Part shown: positions 41,413 through 51,780 of the stretch, one piece after another | How the letters are laid out: each line of letters begins with the position of its first letter | Numbering within the stretch: position 1 is the first letter of the stretch | Assembly (NCBI GenBank): GCA_947624515.1 | Contig: CANQKN010000003.1 | Span: 1-52,326 of the forward strand | Direction of reading: 5' to 3' | DNA: 52,326 nucleotides | Source of the DNA: an uncultured Bacilli bacterium | GTDB lineage: Bacteria > Bacillota_I > Bacilli_A > RF39 > UBA660 | Translations under genes and position numbers: made by a program | The notes under the pieces: model-generated | What the model was told of the DNA's origin: nothing | Databases searched by the model: none | The model's input: the letters and a program-made list of their open reading frames with translations, nothing else

Positions 41413-43092
41413 ATGTCTTATCAAGCTTTGTATAGAAAATATAGACCATCTACATTAGCAGATGTAATGGGTCAAGATATTGTTACTAAAATATTAAAAA
41501 ATGCCGTTCAAAATAATAAAGTATGCCATGCTTATATGTTTTCAGGACCTCGTGGTATTGGCAAAACAACAATTGCTAAATTATTAGCAAAAGCTGTTAA
41601 TTGTTTAGATCCTCACGATGGAGATGCCTGTGAAAAATGTGAAAATTGTATTTCTATTAATAGCGGTTTTAATTCTGATATTATTGAAATTGATGCTGCT
41701 TCTAATAATGGTGTTGATGAAATCAGAGAAATAAAAAGTAAAATTAATTTAGTACCAAATCAATTAAAATATAAAGTATATATTATTGATGAAGTTCATA
41801 TGTTATCAATTGGTGCTTTTAATGCCTTATTGAAAACTTTAGAAGAACCTCCTGAACATATCATTTTTATTCTTGCTACTACTGATTTGCATAAAGTTCC
41901 AAGTACTATTGTTTCTAGATGTCAATGCTTTGAATTTCATAGAATTCAAAATAAGGATATTGTAAAAAGATTGGAATTTATCTGCCAAAAAGAAAATATT
42001 ACTGTGGATAAAAAAGTTTTAGAAAAAATTGCTCAATTATCTGATGGTGGTTTAAGAGATGCTATTGGAATGTTAGATAAATTGAATGCATATTCCAATT
42101 CTAATATTAGCCTAGAGGATTTTGAAAAAGTAAATGGTATTGTTTCTTATGATGAACAAAAACAATTTTTAAATGATGTATATCATAAAAATATTATAAA
42201 TGTTCTTCAATTTCTTGATGACATATATGATAAAGGAAAAGATTTAATTATATTTACTCAAAATTTAATTGAATTATGTAAAGAAATGTGTGTTACTTAT
42301 TATGTAGAAAAAAAGTGCGATTATCCTATTCAATTTCTGTTAGATTTTTCTTCTAATGTTAGTAATTTAGTTAGAAATACTAGTTTTTCATTTAATACAA
42401 AAACATTATTGGAAATCATGATCCTTTCTTTTATTAATAGTCATTCAACTGATTCTACAGAAAATATTGATGAATCTACAAAAATATTAACTTCAACTGA
42501 TAAAAAATTAGAGAAAAAAACTGAAAAAGAATCTACATCAATAAATAAAGATGATAAAATTATTTCCCAGGAAATAAATTCAGAAAAGAATTTAACTTTA
42601 GATGATTCTAAATTTATTATTGAAAATAAACAAATTGTTAATAATTGCTTTGCTCGTGCTGATAAAAATGAAAAAAAAGTTTTTGAGAGTAAGTGGAATC
42701 AATTAAATGATTATGCATTAGATAGTGAATATGGTGCTACAGCATGTTATATTTCTGATGGTAAAATTTGTGCTGTAGGAACTGGTGAAATTATTATATC
42801 TTTTGATTATGAATCTATGGTTAACCGAGGAATTCATTTAATTAATAAGATGGAACAATTATTAGAAAAAATATATAATAAGCATTACGATATTGCTTTG
42901 CTTACTAATGATGAATGGAAACAGGCAAGAGAAGAATTTATTTCTAATAAAAATAATAATATCAAGTATGAATATATTCCTGTACAAAAAGTTCATGCAG
43001 GTTATATAGATAAGAAAAAAGATGTTTCAAATAATACTGTTACTAGTGAAGCAATAGAATTATTTGGAGCAGATATGATAACAATTAATTAG
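41413..43092 (+). CDS. dnaX: DNA polymerase III gamma/tau
   Basis: ALYRKYRP, GPRGIGKTT, EIDAASN, DEVHML, SRC. Confidence 0.97.
   Translation: MSYQALYRKYRPSTLADVMGQDIVTKILKNAVQNNKVCHAYMFSGPRGIGKTTIAKLLAKAVNCLDPHDGDACEKCENCISINSGFNSDIIEIDAASNNGVDEIREIKSKINLVPNQLKYKVYIIDEVHMLSIGAFNALLKTLEEPPEHIIFILATTDLHKVPSTIVSRCQCFEFHRIQNKDIVKRLEFICQKENITVDKKVLEKIAQLSDGGLRDAIGMLDKLNAYSNSNISLEDFEKVNGIVSYDEQKQFLNDVYHKNIINVLQFLDDIYDKGKDLIIFTQNLIELCKEMCVTYYVEKKCDYPIQFLLDFSSNVSNLVRNTSFSFNTKTLLEIMILSFINSHSTDSTENIDESTKILTSTDKKLEKKTEKESTSINKDDKIISQEINSEKNLTLDDSKFIIENKQIVNNCFARADKNEKKVFESKWNQLNDYALDSEYGATACYISDGKICAVGTGEIIISFDYESMVNRGIHLINKMEQLLEKIYNKHYDIALLTNDEWKQAREEFISNKNNNIKYEYIPVQKVHAGYIDKKKDVSNNTVTSEAIELFGADMITIN
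42562..42575. promoter_or_regulatory. Noc-binding site, 1 mismatch, inside dnaX linker
   Basis: ATTTCCCAGGAAAT with the same AATT flank as the other sites. Confidence 0.6.
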
Positions 43093-43108
43093 AAAAGAGG
43101 AAAAAATT

Positions 43109-43408
43109 ATGAATTTACAAGCATTAATGAAGCAAGCTCAAAGTTTACAAAAAGACATGATGAAAGCAAAAGAAGAGATTGATCATATGACTTTTATAGG
43201 AACTAGTTCTTTTATAAAAGTAGAAGTAAAAGGTACAAAGGAAATAGTTAAAGTTACTATTGATAATGATAATATTACCAATGATGATAAAGAAATGATT
43301 GAAGATATGTTAGTAGTAGCATTAAATGATGCCATGAGTCAAATTGATAAAGTTACTGAACAAAAAATGGGTAAGTTTAGCAGTATGATGCCTGGCGGAT
43401 TATTTTAG
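43109..43408 (+). CDS. YbaB/EbfC nucleoid-associated protein
   Basis: MKQAQSLQ...EMIEDMLVVALNDA; between dnaX and recR. Confidence 0.92.
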   Translation: MNLQALMKQAQSLQKDMMKAKEEIDHMTFIGTSSFIKVEVKGTKEIVKVTIDNDNITNDDKEMIEDMLVVALNDAMSQIDKVTEQKMGKFSSMMPGGLF

Positions 43409-43416
43409 GAGTTTTT

Positions 43417-44013
43417 ATGTATCCTAGTAGTTTACAGAAATTAATTGATTGTTTTAAGTATCTTCCTGGTATTGGTGAAAAAACAGCAGAACGCTTAGCT
43501 TTTTCTATTATGAATATGGATGATGAGAGAGTAGTAGATTTTTCTGAAAGTCTTTCTAAAGTAAAGTCTTCTATTCATAGATGTCCCATTTGTAATGGAT
43601 TAACAGATTTAGATATTTGTAAAATATGTAGTGATAAATCTCGTAGCTCTGATGTTTTATGTGTTGTAGAAGATCCAAAATCTGTATTTTTATTTGAAAA
43701 TTTAGGATTATTTCAAGGAAAATATCATGTTTTGAAGGGATTAATATCACCATTAGATGGTGTAAATCCAGAAGATATTGAATTAGAAAAATTAATTGAT
43801 CGTGTTAAAAAAGAAAATTATAAAGAAATTATTTTAGCATTTAAACCTAGTATTGAGGGAGAAACAACATCTTTATATATAAAACGAATTTTAGGAGATA
43901 TGAAACTTTCTATTACCAAAATAGCTAGTGGTATTCCAATTGGTGCTGATATGGAATATATTGATGCCATGACTTTAGAACGTGCACTATTAGACAGAAA
44001 AGATGTAGAATAA
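43417..44013 (+). CDS. recR: Recombination mediator RecR
   Basis: LPGIGEKTAERLA, C4 zinc finger, YHVLKGLISP, EGETT. Confidence 0.97.
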   Translation: MYPSSLQKLIDCFKYLPGIGEKTAERLAFSIMNMDDERVVDFSESLSKVKSSIHRCPICNGLTDLDICKICSDKSRSSDVLCVVEDPKSVFLFENLGLFQGKYHVLKGLISPLDGVNPEDIELEKLIDRVKKENYKEIILAFKPSIEGETTSLYIKRILGDMKLSITKIASGIPIGADMEYIDAMTLERALLDRKDVE

Positions 44014-44051
44014 AACTTTTCGATCTTCATATTTTTTAATAGGTGATATAT

Positions 44052-44237
44052 ATGAAGAAAGTATTAGAATTGTTAAAAAAAATTCTTTTGAGCTTCGTAA
44101 TTTTATATGGATTTAATACAATTGGTAGTAATTTTAGTTTGGTAATTCCTATTAATGCTATTACCATTACATTAATTACCTTTTTAGGATTTCCAGCTTT
44201 ACTTTCTTTAGTTCTATTATTGGTAATTGCATTTTGA
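44052..44237 (+). CDS. BofA-like small membrane protein (pro-sigmaK processing inhibitor family)
   Basis: LYGFN...IPINAIT...LGFPAL; position after recR; AGGTGA RBS. Confidence 0.65.
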   Translation: MKKVLELLKKILLSFVILYGFNTIGSNFSLVIPINAITITLITFLGFPALLSLVLLLVIAF

Positions 44238-44246
44238 GGTGAAAAT

Positions 44247-45125
44247 ATGTTAGAAGTATATAAGGACAAGCAGCCATTATTTTATGAAGAAATTATTCAT
44301 AGTATTCAAAATCAAAAAATGAGTCATGCTTATTTAATTGAAACAAATAATTACCCAGAAAAGGATGATTTAATTCTTTCTTTTATCAAAATGTTATTAT
44401 GTGAAAAGCATTTCTTTAGTTCTCAAAATTGTGAGGAATGTAATATTTGTCATCTCATTGATACAAATACTTTTTCTGATTTTATTATAGTAGAGCCTGA
44501 TGGAATGTGGATAAAAAAAGAACAAATTTTGGATGTGAAAGAAAAGTTTAAAACGACTTCTTTACAAAATAATCCTAGGGTTTATTGGATTAAACAAGCT
44601 GATAAATTAAATAAACAATCAGCTAATTCTCTATTAAAATTTTTAGAAGAACCAGAAGGAAACATTATAGCAATTTTAGAAGTAGTAAATCGCTATCAAG
44701 TATTAGAGACGATTCGAAGCAGATGTCAAATTTATTCTTTTATCAATCATGAATTACAAAGAGAGTTTTTAGATTTTGAATTATTAATTAAGATTATTCA
44801 AGTATTGGAAGAAAAAGAAAATACGGCAATAGCATATCTACCAATTATTTTAGAAAATGATTATCGTAATAAAGATTTTTGGAATACTATTTTTACAGAA
44901 ATGATAGATATTTATGAAGCAGCAATGCGCAAAATGGAAAATGTAGTGTATACTGATTATGGAGATATTATTCAAATTATTATTTCAAAAAATACAATTT
45001 CTAAGATAATTTCAAAATTACATGTACTATTTTCTACTATTCAAAATTTAAATTATAATTTGAATATGAATATGATGTTAGATCAGTTTATTATCGAATT
45101 TTCAGGAGGTGAGTGTAATGAATAA
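44247..45125 (+). CDS. holB: DNA polymerase III delta' subunit
   Basis: SHAYL, CxxC, IKKEQI, SANSLLKFLEEP, TIRSRC. Confidence 0.9.
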   Translation: MLEVYKDKQPLFYEEIIHSIQNQKMSHAYLIETNNYPEKDDLILSFIKMLLCEKHFFSSQNCEECNICHLIDTNTFSDFIIVEPDGMWIKKEQILDVKEKFKTTSLQNNPRVYWIKQADKLNKQSANSLLKFLEEPEGNIIAILEVVNRYQVLETIRSRCQIYSFINHELQREFLDFELLIKIIQVLEEKENTAIAYLPIILENDYRNKDFWNTIFTEMIDIYEAAMRKMENVVYTDYGDIIQIIISKNTISKIISKLHVLFSTIQNLNYNLNMNMMLDQFIIEFSGGECNE

Positions 45126-45897
45126 AGTAGTTGGTGTTGTTTTAAATGGTAAAAGTAAAACTTATCTTTTTTCTACTAATCATATTGAGTTAAAGAAAAA
45201 TGATTTTGTGATTGTTGAAACTGATAAAGGTTTTCAGTATGGACAAGTTGTTATACCTCCTTATGAAGTAGCAGATGAAGATGTTGGTTTTACTTTAAAA
45301 AATGTTATTAGAACATCTACTAAAGAAGATGATAAACAATATGAGAAAAATAAAAAGGATGCTGAAATTGCTTTGGCTAAAGCAAGAACGATTGCTGAAG
45401 ATTTAAAATTAAATATGCGCATTATAGATGCACAATATACATTTGATCGGAATCAGTTATTATTTAATTTTTTAGCAGATAGTCGTATTGATTTTAGAGA
45501 GTTAGCGAAAAAGTTAGCACAGATTTATCGTACTCGTATTGAACTTCGTCAGATTGGTGTTCGTGATAAAGCTAAAGAAATTGGTGGACTTGGACCTTGT
45601 GGTAGATTTTTATGCTGCAGTACTTTTTTAACAGATTTTAATAGCGTATCTATTAATATGGCTAAAAATCAAATGCTTGCATTAAATCCAACAAAAATTA
45701 ATGGTATTTGTGGTAGACTTCTATGTTGTTTAAATTATGAAGATGAAATTTATACAGAGATGAAGAAGGATATGCCTTCTATCGGAGAAACTTATAAAAA
45801 GGATGATATAGAAGGCAAGGTTGTTTCTTTAAATTTATTAAAAAGGACGGTAACTTTAGAAACTAAAAATAAAACATTAATTGAGGTTGAAGTTTAA
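45118..45897 (+). CDS. yaaT: PSP1-domain protein YaaT/RicT
   Basis: RIDFRELAK, RIELRQIGVRD, GPCGRFLCC, CGRLLCCLNYE. Confidence 0.9.
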   Translation: MNKVVGVVLNGKSKTYLFSTNHIELKKNDFVIVETDKGFQYGQVVIPPYEVADEDVGFTLKNVIRTSTKEDDKQYEKNKKDAEIALAKARTIAEDLKLNMRIIDAQYTFDRNQLLFNFLADSRIDFRELAKKLAQIYRTRIELRQIGVRDKAKEIGGLGPCGRFLCCSTFLTDFNSVSINMAKNQMLALNPTKINGICGRLLCCLNYEDEIYTEMKKDMPSIGETYKKDDIEGKVVSLNLLKRTVTLETKNKTLIEVEV

Positions 45898-45898
45898 A

Positions 45899-46618
45899 AT
45901 GGAAGTTTTAAATGATTTAGTAGGATATAAAAATTTAAAAATTTTTCAAAATAAAGAATGGTTTACTTTCTCTTTGGATTCTATCTTACTTCCTAATTTT
46001 GTAACTCTTAATAAAAATATTGAAACGATTATTGATTTAGGATGTGGTAATGCACCAATTCCTTTGATCTTATCTACAAAAACAAAAGCAAAAATTATAG
46101 GTGCCGAAATTCAAAAAGATAGTTATGATTTAGCAAAGAAAAGCGTTGAATACAATCATTTGGAAAATCAAATTACTTTACTTCATTTGGATATGAAACA
46201 ATTGAAAAATTATTATTCCAGTGATAGTATCGATGTGATTACTTGTAATCCACCGTATTTTAAATATTTAGAAACTAGTCAATTAAATGATGATATTCAT
46301 AAAATTATTGCTCGTCATGAAAAAATGATTACATTAGAAGAAATCGTTTCTTTATCAAGATATCTTTTAAAAAATAATGGTGTTCTTGCTATGGTACATC
46401 GTACAGATCGTTTAATAGAAATTATTCAATTATTTGAAAAATATGGATTGGAAATTAAAAAATTGCGATTCATTTATCCAAAAGTAGGGTCAGAATCTAA
46501 TATGATTTTAATTGAGGGAAGAAAAAATGGTAATGTAGGATTAAAAGTATTATCACCACTTTATGTTCATTGTGAAGATGGAAATTATACGAAAGAAGTT
46601 TTAAAAATGTTTGAATAG
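45899..46618 (+). CDS. tRNA1(Val) A37 N6-methyltransferase (YabB/TrmN6-like)
   Basis: FSLDSILL, DLGCGN, NPPY, IARHE. Confidence 0.88.
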   Translation: MEVLNDLVGYKNLKIFQNKEWFTFSLDSILLPNFVTLNKNIETIIDLGCGNAPIPLILSTKTKAKIIGAEIQKDSYDLAKKSVEYNHLENQITLLHLDMKQLKNYYSSDSIDVITCNPPYFKYLETSQLNDDIHKIIARHEKMITLEEIVSLSRYLLKNNGVLAMVHRTDRLIEIIQLFEKYGLEIKKLRFIYPKVGSESNMILIEGRKNGNVGLKVLSPLYVHCEDGNYTKEVLKMFE

Positions 46619-46630
46619 GAGGATTTTAAT

Positions 46631-46972
46631 ATGAATATAAACATTGATCAAGTAAAAATATTTGTAACTGTTCCTTTAAAAAATGTGGATGAGGTTAGAA
46701 ATGCTATGTGCAAAGCTGGTGCTGGAATCATTGGCAATTATTCTTTTTGTTCAACTTCTACAAAATCAATTGGTACTTTTTTACCTAATGATAATGCAAA
46801 TCCCTATATCGGAACTAATAATCAATTAGAATTTGTGGAAGAAGAAAAATTAGAGGTTGTGTGTGATATTAAACTGGTAAAAAAAGTAATATCTGAACTC
46901 AGAAAAGTTCATCCATATGAAGAGCCTGCTATAGATATTATTCCGTTAATAGATGAAAAGACTTTTTATTAA
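46631..46972 (+). CDS. Stand-alone Nif3/YqfO insertion-like (PII/CutA-fold) domain protein
   Basis: AGAGIIGNYSFCS...GTFLP...PYIG...HPYEEPAIDI. Confidence 0.8.
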   Translation: MNINIDQVKIFVTVPLKNVDEVRNAMCKAGAGIIGNYSFCSTSTKSIGTFLPNDNANPYIGTNNQLEFVEEEKLEVVCDIKLVKKVISELRKVHPYEEPAIDIIPLIDEKTFY

Positions 46973-47005
46973 ATTCGTATATTATGAAAATGTAGAGGTG
47001 ATAAT

Positions 47006-47845
47006 ATGAGCCAAAAAAGTTATGATAATAGTCCAAGTTTATATTTAATACCTACTCCAGTTGGAAATATGGAAGATATTACATTGCGTAGTATCAATAC
47101 TTTAAAAATGGTAGATTTATTACTTTGTGAAGATACTAGGGTAACATCAGAATTGCTTCATAAGTTAGATATTAAAAAGAAATTAATTCATTCCGATGAT
47201 CATAATGAAGATAGTTTGAAAGAAATGGTTCTTACTAAACTACAAGAAGGGCTTAATATTGGACTTGTTACAGATAGAGGAACTCCGATTATTAGTGATC
47301 CAGGTTATAAAATAGTAGAATTCATTAGTAAAAATGGATTTAATGTTATTAGCTTACCTGGACCAACTGCTTTTGTTCCGGCTCTAACAATGTCAGGAAT
47401 TCGTCCAGCACCATTTTTATTTTATGGATTTCTAAATAGTAAAGAAGCAAAAAGAATAAAAGAACTTGAAACTTTAAAAAAATTACCTTATACTATCATT
47501 TTGTATGAAGCTCCTCATAGAATTTCAGAAATGTTAAATTCTTTACTACAAGTATTTGGCAATCGAAAGATAGCTTTATGTAGAGAAATTAGTAAAAAAT
47601 ATGAAGAAATCATTCGTGGTACTATTACCGAAGTATTGGAAGTTTTTGATACATTAAAAGGGGAAATGGTTGTTGTTGTAGAAGGTAATTTAGAACAGGA
47701 AGATTATTCAAATATGACGATTCTAGAACATGTTCAATTATATCTAGAAGATGGTATGAGTGAAAAAGAGGCAATTAAAAAAGTGGCAGTTGAAAGAGAT
47801 ATTCCTAAATCAATTGTTTATAAAGAATACCATATCAATCATTAA
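47006..47845 (+). CDS. rsmI: 16S rRNA C1402 2'-O-methyltransferase
   Basis: LYLIPTPVGNMEDIT, CEDTR, GTPIISDPG, YEAPHR, REISKKYEE. Confidence 0.96.
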   Translation: MSQKSYDNSPSLYLIPTPVGNMEDITLRSINTLKMVDLLLCEDTRVTSELLHKLDIKKKLIHSDDHNEDSLKEMVLTKLQEGLNIGLVTDRGTPIISDPGYKIVEFISKNGFNVISLPGPTAFVPALTMSGIRPAPFLFYGFLNSKEAKRIKELETLKKLPYTIILYEAPHRISEMLNSLLQVFGNRKIALCREISKKYEEIIRGTITEVLEVFDTLKGEMVVVVEGNLEQEDYSNMTILEHVQLYLEDGMSEKEAIKKVAVERDIPKSIVYKEYHINH

Positions 47846-47849
47846 AATT

Positions 47850-47863
47850 ATTTCCCGGGAAAT
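47850..47863. promoter_or_regulatory. Noc-binding site (NBS)
   Basis: ATTTCCCGGGAAAT inside a 28-bp palindrome (47843-47870). Confidence 0.85.
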
Positions 47864-47886
47864 AATTTTAGAATAGAGGTGAAGTT

Positions 47887-48447
47887 ATGAAATTAATAGT
47901 TGGACTAGGAAATCCTGGTCGTGAGTACGAAAATACTAGACATAATATTGGATTTCGTATGATTGATCAGTTTGCTAGTAAATTAGGAGTAACTATTAAC
48001 AAATCAAAATTTAATGGTCTTTATGCTGAGGCAGTAGTTAATCAGGAAAAAGTAATTTTATTAAAGCCACAATCTTATATCAATCTTAGTGGAGAAGTGA
48101 TTCGTAAATTTGTGGATTTCTATAAAATATCTATTGATGATATATTAATTATTCATGATGATTTAGATTTACCTGTAGGGGTTTATAAAATTAAACAAAA
48201 GGGTTCTAGCGGTGGGCATAATGGATTAAAGAATATTGAACTTCATTTAGGTACTCAAGATTATAAAAGAATTAAAATTGGAATTTCTAATAATAAAAAT
48301 ATCGATACTAAAGATTATGTTTTAGGAAAACTATCTAAAGAGGAAGAAACTATTTTTCATAAAATAGAAGAAATGATTTTGGTAATATTAGATGATTATT
48401 TTCAAGTATCATTTTCAGAATTGATGTCAAAATATAATCATAGATAG
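47887..48447 (+). CDS. pth: Peptidyl-tRNA hydrolase
   Basis: LIVGLGNPG, TRHNIGF, HDDLD, GGHNG. Confidence 0.97.
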   Translation: MKLIVGLGNPGREYENTRHNIGFRMIDQFASKLGVTINKSKFNGLYAEAVVNQEKVILLKPQSYINLSGEVIRKFVDFYKISIDDILIIHDDLDLPVGVYKIKQKGSSGGHNGLKNIELHLGTQDYKRIKIGISNNKNIDTKDYVLGKLSKEEETIFHKIEEMILVILDDYFQVSFSELMSKYNHR

Positions 48448-51400
48448 ATGGTGATTGAAATGGATTTATTTTTTAAAGATATTCCTATTCAAAAGATTAA
48501 TAATATAGCTTTATCTGGTTTAACAGATGAGCTTTTTTGTCGTTATCTTCATACTGTTTATGAAAATAATTCTCAATCTATTTTGTTAGTTACTTCAAGT
48601 TTATTTGAAGCAAATCAATTATATGATAGTCTTTCTAATTATCAAGATCATGTTTTACTGTTTCCTATGGATGATTTTTTAACAAGTGAGGCTATTGCTA
48701 CTAGTCCTGATTTAATGGTAACTCGTTTAGAAACAATTAATTCTATTTTAAAGGCTGAAAAAAATATTGTTGTTACTAATTTAATGGGATATCTAAGATT
48801 TTTACCAACCGTTACAGTTTATCAAAATAGTATTCAAACGATTACTTTAAATCAAGATTTTGATCAAACTAAATTTTCTAAATATTTAAATCAAGTTGGA
48901 TATCATAGGGAATCTATGGTAACTAAAACTGGCGAATATGCTGTACGTGGTTTTATAGTAGATGTCTTTCCTTTAGGTGAAGAATATCCAGTTCGTTTTG
49001 AATTTTTTGGAGATACAATTGATTCTATTCGTTTTTTTGATGAAGATACTCAAAAATCAATTTCTCCTATTAATTCAATTACGATTCATCCTTATAGTGA
49101 ATTTATATTGGATTCTGATGTCGAAGTAGAATCTAAACAAAAATATTTAAGTCAATATTCAAAAGTATCTTCTATACTTGATTATTTAAAAGATGCCATC
49201 GTCTTTTATAAAGACCAACCTCAACTCGAAATTACTTATCAAAATATTATGAAGGAAACTTTAGAATATCGTCTAGAAAAAGATAAAGATTTTTCTGGTA
49301 ATTACATGTTTGATTTTTTTAGTTTAATTCCTAAATATTTAAATCATTATTTAACGATCGATAATATTTTAAAAGATAAAACTATTACTGTTTACTATTT
49401 TGATTGTAAAGAAATTCCTTCTTTTCATGAAAATATGAATGCTATTAATCATTTTTTATCTGAACAATTAGGTTTAAATAAAATGATTCTTATCTATTTA
49501 AAAGAAATCCAAATAAAAAACTTTGTGAAAGAGCTAACTTGTCCTTATATTATTACAGATGAAGAACATCTTCAAAAGGGAATTGTTAATATTATTAAAA
49601 AAACTATAAATAAAGGTTATTTATATCAAAATGTAGTTGTATTAACTGATAAAGAATTATTTCATTACACTAGTAATCATAAAAAATATAAAACAAAGTT
49701 TAAGTATGCTTCTAAAATTAAAGATATTCGAAAATTAGAAATAGGAGATTATGTTGTTCATGCTGTTAATGGAATTGGAATTTATCAGGGAATCAAAACA
49801 CTTACTCATGGTGATTTAGTAAAAGACTATATTGAAGTTAGTTATGCTGGAAATGATAAGCTTTATATTCCTGTTGAAAAGATTGATCTCATTAGTAAAT
49901 ACTCTGGTAATGAAGGGGTCAGTCCTAAAATTAATAAATTAGGGGGATCTGATTGGAATAAAGTAAAAGCAAGAGTTAAAAGTAAAATTCATGATATTGC
50001 AGATAAGTTATTAAGACTTTATGCAGAACGAGAAATGAAACAAGGTTTTTCTTTTTCTAAAGATACAGAACTTCAAAAACAATTTGATCAAAGCTTTGAA
50101 TATACAGAAACTAAGGATCAGTTACTTGCTATTGAACAAATCAAAGAAGATATGGAGTCTAGTCATCCAATGGATAGACTTTTATGTGGTGATGTAGGTT
50201 ATGGAAAAACAGAAGTTGCATTTCGTGCCGTATTTAAGGCTGTGATGGATTCAAAACAAGTTTTATATTTATGCCCAACTACGATTCTTTCCAATCAACA
50301 ATATCAAAATGCTTTAGAAAGATTTTGTGATTTTCCTATTAATATAGGACTTTTAAATCGTTTTACAACTCCAAAAGAAAAAAGAAGAATTCTAGAAGGT
50401 CTTAAAGATGGTACAATTGATTTTGTGATTGGAACTCATCGTTTACTTAGCAATGATATCAAACCTAAGAATTTAGGACTTTTAATTATAGATGAAGAAC
50501 AGAGATTTGGAGTTACTCATAAAGAAAAAATTAAGGAATATAAAAGTAATATTGATGTTTTAACCTTAACAGCAACACCTATTCCTAGAACATTACAAAT
50601 GTCTATGGTTGGTATTCGTAGTTTATCTTTAATTGAAACTCCGCCAGTAGATCGGTATCCTGTTCAAACTTATGTAATTGAAGAAAACCAACAGATTATT
50701 AAAGATGCAATTTATAAAGAAATGTCTAGAAGTGGACAAGTATTTTTACTTTATAATCGAATTGAAAGTATTGAAAAAAAAGTTTATGAAATTCAAAATC
50801 TTGTTCCAGAAGCTAGAATTGTGTTTGCACATGGAAGATTAACAAAAGAAGAATTAGAAGATAGAATGATGGCTTTTATCAATCATGAATATGATGTATT
50901 AATTTGTACTACTATTATTGAAACGGGAATTGATATTCCTAATGCCAATACTTTAATTATTTTAGATGCAGATCATTTTGGTCTTAGCCAGTTATACCAA
51001 ATTCGTGGTAGAGTAGGAAGAAGTAATAAAATAGCTTATGCTTATTTGATGTATCATCCTTCTAAAATGTTAAATGAAGCAGCTGTTAAAAGATTAAATG
51101 CTATTAAAGATTTTACAGAACTTGGTAGTGGTTTTTCTATTGCAACAAGAGATTTATCTATTCGTGGAGCAGGGGATATTTTAGGTAGTGAACAGGCAGG
51201 GTTTATTGATACAGTAGGAATTGATTTGTATTTGAAAATGTTACAAGATGAAATTGATCGTTTAAAGGGAATTACTCCAAAAGAAGAAATTATTCAGAAT
51301 GAAAAGCCTCTTTTAGATGTATCTACTCATATTTCTGATAATTATACTGATGATGATCAATTAAAAATTTCTATTCATAAAGAAATTAATACTATTGATT

Positions 51401-51753
51401 CTTTAGAAAAATTAAAAGAGGTACAACTAGATTTGGAAGATCGTTTTGGTAAACTTGATGAAACAATTATTATTTATATGTATCAAGAATGGTTTGAAAA
51501 AATGGCAAAAGATTTAGAAATAGAAAAGGTTAATTCTACTAGAAATTCTATAGAGTTAATATTTAGTCAGAATATGACTAAACAATTAGATGGGGAAGCT
51601 TTATTTATGGATGCTTTTCATATTACTCCTATGTTTCGTTTTAAAATGATGCATGATAGACTTATCGTTATTCTTGATACCATTAAATTAGAAAAACATT
51701 ATATTTATTATTTAGTAGATTTATTAAGCAAGATTAAAAAGAAAAATAACTAG
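48448..51753 (+). CDS. mfd: Transcription-repair coupling factor
   Basis: GDVGYGKTEVA, DEEQRFG, TATPIPRT, QIRGRVGR, GDILGSEQAG. Confidence 0.97.
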   Translation: MVIEMDLFFKDIPIQKINNIALSGLTDELFCRYLHTVYENNSQSILLVTSSLFEANQLYDSLSNYQDHVLLFPMDDFLTSEAIATSPDLMVTRLETINSILKAEKNIVVTNLMGYLRFLPTVTVYQNSIQTITLNQDFDQTKFSKYLNQVGYHRESMVTKTGEYAVRGFIVDVFPLGEEYPVRFEFFGDTIDSIRFFDEDTQKSISPINSITIHPYSEFILDSDVEVESKQKYLSQYSKVSSILDYLKDAIVFYKDQPQLEITYQNIMKETLEYRLEKDKDFSGNYMFDFFSLIPKYLNHYLTIDNILKDKTITVYYFDCKEIPSFHENMNAINHFLSEQLGLNKMILIYLKEIQIKNFVKELTCPYIITDEEHLQKGIVNIIKKTINKGYLYQNVVVLTDKELFHYTSNHKKYKTKFKYASKIKDIRKLEIGDYVVHAVNGIGIYQGIKTLTHGDLVKDYIEVSYAGNDKLYIPVEKIDLISKYSGNEGVSPKINKLGGSDWNKVKARVKSKIHDIADKLLRLYAEREMKQGFSFSKDTELQKQFDQSFEYTETKDQLLAIEQIKEDMESSHPMDRLLCGDVGYGKTEVAFRAVFKAVMDSKQVLYLCPTTILSNQQYQNALERFCDFPINIGLLNRFTTPKEKRRILEGLKDGTIDFVIGTHRLLSNDIKPKNLGLLIIDEEQRFGVTHKEKIKEYKSNIDVLTLTATPIPRTLQMSMVGIRSLSLIETPPVDRYPVQTYVIEENQQIIKDAIYKEMSRSGQVFLLYNRIESIEKKVYEIQNLVPEARIVFAHGRLTKEELEDRMMAFINHEYDVLICTTIIETGIDIPNANTLIILDADHFGLSQLYQIRGRVGRSNKIAYAYLMYHPSKMLNEAAVKRLNAIKDFTELGSGFSIATRDLSIRGAGDILGSEQAGFIDTVGIDLYLKMLQDEIDRLKGITPKEEIIQNEKPLLDVSTHISDNYTDDDQLKISIHKEINTIDSLEKLKEVQLDLEDRFGKLDETIIIYMYQEWFEKMAKDLEIEKVNSTRNSIELIFSQNMTKQLDGEALFMDAFHITPMFRFKMMHDRLIVILDTIKLEKHYIYYLVDLLSKIKKKNN

Positions 51754-51780
51754 TATAAACAATTTGTACTAGTTATTTTT
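51742..51780. terminator. Bidirectional terminator between mfd and XRE gene
   Basis: AAAAATAACTAGTA...TACTAGTTATTTTT. Confidence 0.75.

Noticed and set aside
508-44269. Short antisense or overlapping ORFs in the track (e.g. 508-714, 2294-2629, 5262-5570, 8052-8351, 14772-15110, 16445-16837, 37008-37493, 44036-44269)
   Set aside because: They are shadows of well-supported genes on the opposite strand, with no motifs.
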